DNA from: the human T2T-CHM13v2.0 reference genome, Homo sapiens
Reading direction: 5' to 3' (one strand)
Length of the DNA: 64,000 nucleotides
Assembly (NCBI RefSeq): GCF_009914755.1
Contig: NC_060948.1
The translations under genes were made by a program, and so were the position numbers. The notes under the pieces were generated by a model. The model was not told the DNA's origin and searched no databases. It worked only from the letters and a program-made list of their open reading frames with translations. Positions 56,099-64,000 of the stretch are shown piece by piece (position 1 is the first letter of the stretch; every line of letters begins with the position of its first letter).

Positions 56099-58226
56099 AG
56101 ATCCATATTTTTTAAATGAAAAAAAATTTCAAAGGTACTCTGCTTGGTACAATAATCAAATGTATAAACTGAGGAATAAAACATAACCATGAAACCTACT
56201 TATAACTGCATATGGAAAATACAGAGGATAATTTTTTAAATAACATATTTTGAAAGCCTTAACTAGTAATTTGAAGAGTTGGCATTTGAAAGGCCAGTAT
56301 GAATATACCTTCAAAGCAGCAACACAGGTTCCCCATGAGAAAAAGCAAACTCAGGGAAAATAAAACCACAAAGGTTCAATCTCTTCTGACCTTTGAAAGA
56401 CACAGCACAGACAGTGGTCCTTAGGACGAAGAGCAGGAGACCCCTAATTCCGTCACCATGGCGATAGGGCATAAACACTGCTGGGTGAGGGCACAATCCA
56501 CATTGTGAGGTCCAACTGCTGCCAGGAAGACAGGAGTGCTTTTACATAGACCGAAAGGTCATTGAAGGCTCAGAGTTTTGTTTCAAGAACTGAATCCCAA
56601 GCCCACACGTTATTAGGCTGCGCTTCTTAAAACAAGTTATGGGATGGGAAAAAGGGCACCCACAAACATACGTATACATTATGTATATAATCATATACAG
56701 TATCATATATATAATATATATAATCTATGTATAATATTGTTTTACATCCTGCATCTTATATTATATATATTGTGTAAAATATAATAATTGATAATATATA
56801 AGTTTTATATTTATACAATATGACATATAGTATATATTATAATTTATGACATATATAATATATGTTATATATCATATATAGAATATATTATACGGTTAAT
56901 ATAAGTATTAAATATAAATTATACATTATATATATTATATATAATATATCTGCTATATATAATACCCATTATGCATAATATATATATTATGTCTATGTTA
57001 TGTATAGTATAAAACAACATATAATAATATATAATTGTGTATATAAAATGCGACATATAATATATATTATATTTTATGACATCTGTAATATATATTATAT
57101 ATTATATATAATACGTTGTATGTATAATACCTATATTAAATATATATTATATGACTATGTTATTAATTACATGTCACATATGTTATATATTATATATTTT
57201 ACATAGAATATACCGGTTACATACAATATATACTATGTTACCTATAATGTATAATTTATTACATGTAAAATAAAGAATGCAATATATTATGTGTAATTTA
57301 TAATATACAATATGTGGAATGTGATATATATAACATATAATATATGATATATGATATACAGTATATGATATATAACATACAATATATGATACCTAATATA
57401 TATGGTATACAATATATATTTTATGATATGTATTCTATATGTTTTATATTCTGTTATATATAACTATTTGAAATTATATATAACTGTATAATATTTTATG
57501 TAAATATGTAACATAATATATATAACTATATAATATATTATATATAACTATATATTATGTTATATATACTTTTATAACTTTATTTACATAAAATATCATA
57601 GTATAATATATATTATATTACTTCATATTACATAATATATATTACATATCACCCAATATAAGTAACATACATAATATTATAATATAGATTATATTGTGTT
57701 ATATTAAATATCATATATATCATGTATCATATATTCTATAATATATATTACACATTATATAATATGTATGTTGTCTATTATGTGATATATATAACTCTAT
57801 ATATAATTATATTTTTATACATATAACTAGATAAACATGTAATTCTACATATTTTCATTTAGAATATGTAGAATTATATAATCATATATAATTATTTATA
57901 TTCTATAAAAAATTTTATCATTATATAAATTATAATATATAAAAATTATAATATGTACTACAAATATATATATTATATATCATATATGATATAGTACCTT
58001 TGTTATATATCATAATACATATAAATGTGTATTATGTTATGTATAATTATATAATTTCATATATAAGATGTATAATATGTATCATATATTATATATGTTA
58101 TGTAATATATATAGTATATATAAGATGACACAGGATAAATATTATATACTATGACATATAAAATATATGAGGTTATATTTTACATATAAGGCATAGCACA
58201 TAACATGTAATATATATCATATATAA

Positions 58227-58518
58227 TTTTTTTTTAGACAGAATCTTGTCCTGTTGCACAGGGTGGGGTACAATGGCGCCATCTTTGCTCACTGCAACTT
58301 CTGCCTCACGGGTCCAAGCGATGGTCCTCCCTCAGCCTCCCAGGTAGCTGGGACTACACCACACTAGGACTACACCAGCTGCCACCATGCCTAGCTAATT
58401 TTTTGGATTTTTAGTAGTGACAGCGTTTCACTGTATTGGCCAGGATGGTCTTGATCTCTTCACCTTGTGATCCCCTTGCCTTGGCCTCCAAATTTGCTGG
58501 GATTACAGGCCTGAGCCA
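58227..58518 (-). mobile_element. Alu in DYZ2 unit 21
   Basis: Near-identical copy with AGAATC, GGGGTAC and AACTTC variants. Confidence 0.95.
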
Positions 58519-60623
58519 AGATCCATATTTTTTAAATGAAAAAAAATTTCAAAGGTACTCTGCTTGGTACAATAATCAAATGTATAAACTGAGGAATAAA
58601 ACATACCCATGAAACCTACTTATAACTGCATATGGAAAATACAGAGGATAATTTTTTAAATAACATATTTTGAAAGCCTTAACTAGTAATTTGAAGAGTT
58701 GGCATTTGAAAGGCCAGTATGAATATACCTTCAATGCAGCAACACAGGTTCCCCATGAGAAAAAGCAAACACAGGGAAAATAAAAACACAAAGGTTCAAT
58801 CTCTTCTGACCTTTGAAAGACACAGCACAGACAGTGGTCCTTAGGACGAAGAGCAGGAGACCCCTAATTCCGTCACCATGGCGATAGTGCATAAACATTG
58901 CTGGGTGAGGGCACAATCCACATTGTGAGGTCCAACTGCTGCCAGGAAGACAGGAGTGCTTTTACATAGACCGAAAGGTCATTGAAGGCTCAGAGTTTTG
59001 TTTCAAGAACTGAATCCCAAGCCCACACGTTATTAGGCTGCGCTTCTTAAAACAAGTTATGAGATGGGAAAAAGGGCACCCACAAACATACCTATACATT
59101 ATGTATATAATAATATAGAGTGTCATATATATAATATATATAACCTATGTATAATATTGTTTTACATCCTGCATCTTATGTTATATATATTGTATAAAAT
59201 ATAATAATTGATAATATATAAGTTTTATAATTATACAATATGACATATAGTATATATTTTAATTTATGACATATTTAATATATGTTATATATCATATACA
59301 GAATATATTATACGGTTAATATACGTATTAAATATAAATTATACATTATATATATTATATATAATATATCTGTTATATATAATACCCATTATGTATAATA
59401 TATATATTATGTCTATGTTATATATAGTAAAAAACAACATATAATAATATATAATTGTATATATAAAATGCGACATATAATATATATTATATTTTATAAC
59501 ATATGTAATATATATTATATATTATATATAATACGTTGTATGTATAATACCTATATTAAATATATATTATATGACTATGTTATTAATTACATGTCACATG
59601 TGTTATATATTATATATTTTACATAGAATATACCGGTTACATACAATATATACTATGTTACCTATAATGTATAATTTATTACATGTAAAATAAAGAATGC
59701 AATATATTATGTATAATTTATAATATACAATATGTGGAATGTGATATATATAACATATAATATATGATATATGATATACAGTATATGATATATAACATAC
59801 AATATATGATTCCTAATATATATGGTATACAATATATATTTTATGATATGTATTCTATATGTTTTATATTCTGTTATATATAACTATTTGAAATTATATA
59901 TAACTGTATAATATTTTATGTAAATATGTAATATAATATATATAACTATATAATATACTATATATAACTATATATTATGTTATATATACTTTTATAACAT
60001 AATTTACATAAAATATCATAATATAATATATATTATATTATTTCATATTACATAATATATATTACATATCACCCAATATAACTAACATACATAATATTAT
60101 AATATAGATTATATTGTGTTATATTAAATATCATATATATCATGTATCATATATTCTATAATATATATTACTCATTATATAATATGTATGTTGTCTATTA
60201 TGTGATATATATAACTATATATATAATTATATTTTTATACATATAACTAGATAAACATGTAATTCTACATATTTTCATTTATAATATGTAGAATTATATA
60301 ATCATATATAATTATTTATATTCTATAAAAAATTTTATCATTATATAAATTATAATATATAAAAATTATAATATGTACTACAAATATATATATTATATAT
60401 CATATATGATATAGTACCCTTGTTATATATCATAATACATATAAATGTGTATTATGTTATCTATAATTATATAATTTCATATATAAGATATATAATATGT
60501 ATCATATATTATATATGTTATGTAATATATATAGTATATATAAGATGACACAGGATAAATATTATATACTATGACATATAAAATATATGAGGTTATATGT
60601 TACATATAAGGCATAGCACATAA

Positions 60624-60938
<315 letters not shown>

Positions 60939-63061
60939 AGATCCATATTTTTTAAATGAAAAAAAATTTCAAAGGTACTCTGCTTGGTACAATAATCAAA
61001 TGTATAAACTGAGGAATAAAACATAACCATGAAACCTACTTATAACTGCATATGGAAAATACAGAGGATAATTTTTTAAATAACATATTTTGAAAGCCTT
61101 AACTAGTAATTTGAAGAGTTGGCATTTGAAAGGCCAGTATGAATATACCTTCAAAACAGCAACACAGGTTCCCCATGAGAAAAAGCAAACACAGGGAAAA
61201 TAAAAACACAAAGGTTCAATCTCTTCTGACCTTTGAAAGACACAGCACAGACAGTGGTCCTTAGGACGAAGAGCAGGAGACCCCTAATTCCGTCACCATG
61301 GCGATAGGGCATAAACATTGCTGGGTGAGGGCACAATCCACATTGTGAGGTCCAACTGCTGCCAGGAAGACAGGAGTGCTTTTACATAGACCGAAAGGTC
61401 ATTGAAGGCTCAGAGTTTTGTTTCAAGAACTGAATCCCAAGCCCACACGTTATTACGCTGCGCTTCTTAAAACAAGTTATGAGATGGGAAAAAGGGCACC
61501 CACAAACATACGTATACATTATGTATATAATAATATACAGTATCATATATATAATATATATAACCTATGTATAATATTGTTTTACATCCTGCATCTTATG
61601 TTATATATATTGTATAAAATATAATAAGTGATAATATATAAGTTTTATAATTATACAATATGACATATAGTATATATTATAATTTATGACATATATAATA
61701 TATGTTATATATCATATATAGAATATATTATACGGTTAATATACGTATTAAATATAAATTATACATTATATATATTATATATAATATATCTGTTATATAT
61801 AATACCCATTATGCATAATATATATATTATGTCTATGTTATATATAGTATAAAACAACATATAATAATATATAATTGTATATATAAAATGCGACATATAA
61901 TATATATTATATTTTATAATATGTAATATATATTATATATTATATATAATACGTTGTATGTATAATACCTATATTAAATATATATTATATGACTATGTTA
62001 TTAATTACATGTCACATGTGTTATATATTATATATTTTACATAGAATATACCGGTTACATACAATATATACTATGTTACCTATAATGTATAATTTATTAC
62101 ATGTAAAATAAAGAATGCAATATATTATGTATAATTTATAATATACAATATGTGGAATGTGATATATATAACATATAATATATGATATATGATATACAGT
62201 ATATGATATATAACATACAATATATGATTCCTAATATATATGGTATACAATATATATTTTATGATATGTATTCTATATGTGTTATATTCTGTTATATATA
62301 ACTATTTGAAATTATATATAACTGTATATTTTATGTAAATATGTAATATAATATATATAACTATATAATATATTATATATAACTATATATTATGTTATAT
62401 ATACTTTTATAACATAATTTACATAAAATATCATAACATAATATATAGTATATTATTTCATATTACATAATATATATTACATATCACCCAATATAACTAA
62501 CATACATAATATTATAATATAGATTATATTGTGTTATATTAAATATCATATATATCATGTATCATATATTCTATAATATATATTACACATTATATAATAT
62601 GTATGTTGTCTATTATGTGATATATATAACTCTATATATAATTATATTTTTATACATATAACTAGATAAACATGTAATTCTACATATTTTCATTTATAAT
62701 ATGTAGAATTATATAATCATATATAATTATTTATATTCTATAAAAAATTTTATCATTATATAAATTATAATATATAAAAATTATAATATGTACTACAAAT
62801 ATATATATTATATATCATATATGATATAGTACCTTTGTTATATATCATAATACATATAAATGTGTATTATGTTATGTATAATTATATAATTTCATATATA
62901 AGATGTATAATATGTATCATATATTATATATGTTATGTAATATATATAGTATATATAAGATGACACAGGATAAATATTATATACTATGACATATAAAATA
63001 TATGAGCTTATATTTTACATATAAGGCATAGCACATAACATGTAATATATATCATATATAA

Positions 63062-63353
63062 TTTTTTTTTAGACAGAATCTTGTCCTGTTGCACAGGGTG
63101 GGGTACAATGGCGCCATCTTTGCTCACTGCAACTTCTGCCTCACGGGTCCAAGCGATGGTCCTCCCTCAGCCTCCCAGGTAGCTGGGACTACACCACACT
63201 AGGACTACACCAGCTGCCACCATGCCTAGCTAATTTTTTGGATTTTTAGTAGTGACAGCCTTTCACTGTATTGGCCAGGATGGTCTTGATCTCTTCACCT
63301 TGTGATCCCCTTGCCTTGGCCTCCAAATTTGCTGGGATTACAGGCCTGAGCCA
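63062..63353 (-). mobile_element. Alu in DYZ2 unit 23
   Basis: Near-identical copy, closest to unit 21. Confidence 0.95.
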
Positions 63354-64000
63354 AGATCCATATTTTTTAAATGAAAAAAAATTTCAAAGGTACTCTGCTT
63401 GGTACAATAATCAAATGTATAAACTGAGGAATAAAACATACCCATGAAACCTACTTATAACTGCATATGGAAAATACAGAGGATAATTTTTTAAATAACA
63501 TATTTTGAAAGCCTTAACTAGTAATTTGAAGAGTTGGCATTTGAAAGGCCAGTATGAATATACCTTCAATGCAGCAACACAGGTTCCCCATGAGAAAAAG
63601 CAAACACAGGGAAAATAAAAACACAAAGGTTCAATCTCTTCTGACCTTTGAAAGACACAGCACAGACAGTGGTCCTTAGGACGAAGAGCAGGAGACCCCT
63701 AATTCCGTCACCATGGCGATAGTGCATAAACATTGCTGGGTGAGGGCACAATCCACATTGTGAGGTCCAACTGCTGCCAGGAAGACAGGAGTGCTTTTAC
63801 ATAGACCGAAAGGTCATTGAAGGCTCAGAGTTTTGTTTCAAGAACTGAATCCCAAGCCCACACGTTATTAGGCTGCGCTTCTTAACACAAGTTATGAGAT
63901 GGGAAAAAGGGCACCCACAAACATACCTATACATTATGTATATAATAATATAGAGTGTCATATATATAATATATATAACCTATGTATAATATTGTTTTAC

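Overview
This window has no credible genes. It is satellite DNA that matches human Yq12 heterochromatin and spans one DYZ1/DYZ2 block boundary. Bases 1-9105 are HSat3/DYZ1: diverged (GGAAT)n on the + strand, a ~3.52-3.55 kb period and about 2.6 copies. Bases ~9106-64000 are HSat1B/DYZ2: head-to-tail units of 2415-2420 bp with 23 Alu-containing copies. Each unit is a ~1.55 kb AT-rich domain, a minus-strand Alu of ~292 bp and a ~570 bp higher-complexity HSATI segment. All listed ORFs are by-products of the repeats. I found no new protein-coding or RNA system. The observations worth checking are structural: the junction sequence, a 768 bp deletion in the first DYZ2 unit, three perfect heat-shock elements per DYZ1 unit, and nested 1-, 2- and 4-unit duplications with subfamily switches in DYZ2. 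Family names come from recognition of sequence and period, not from a database search.
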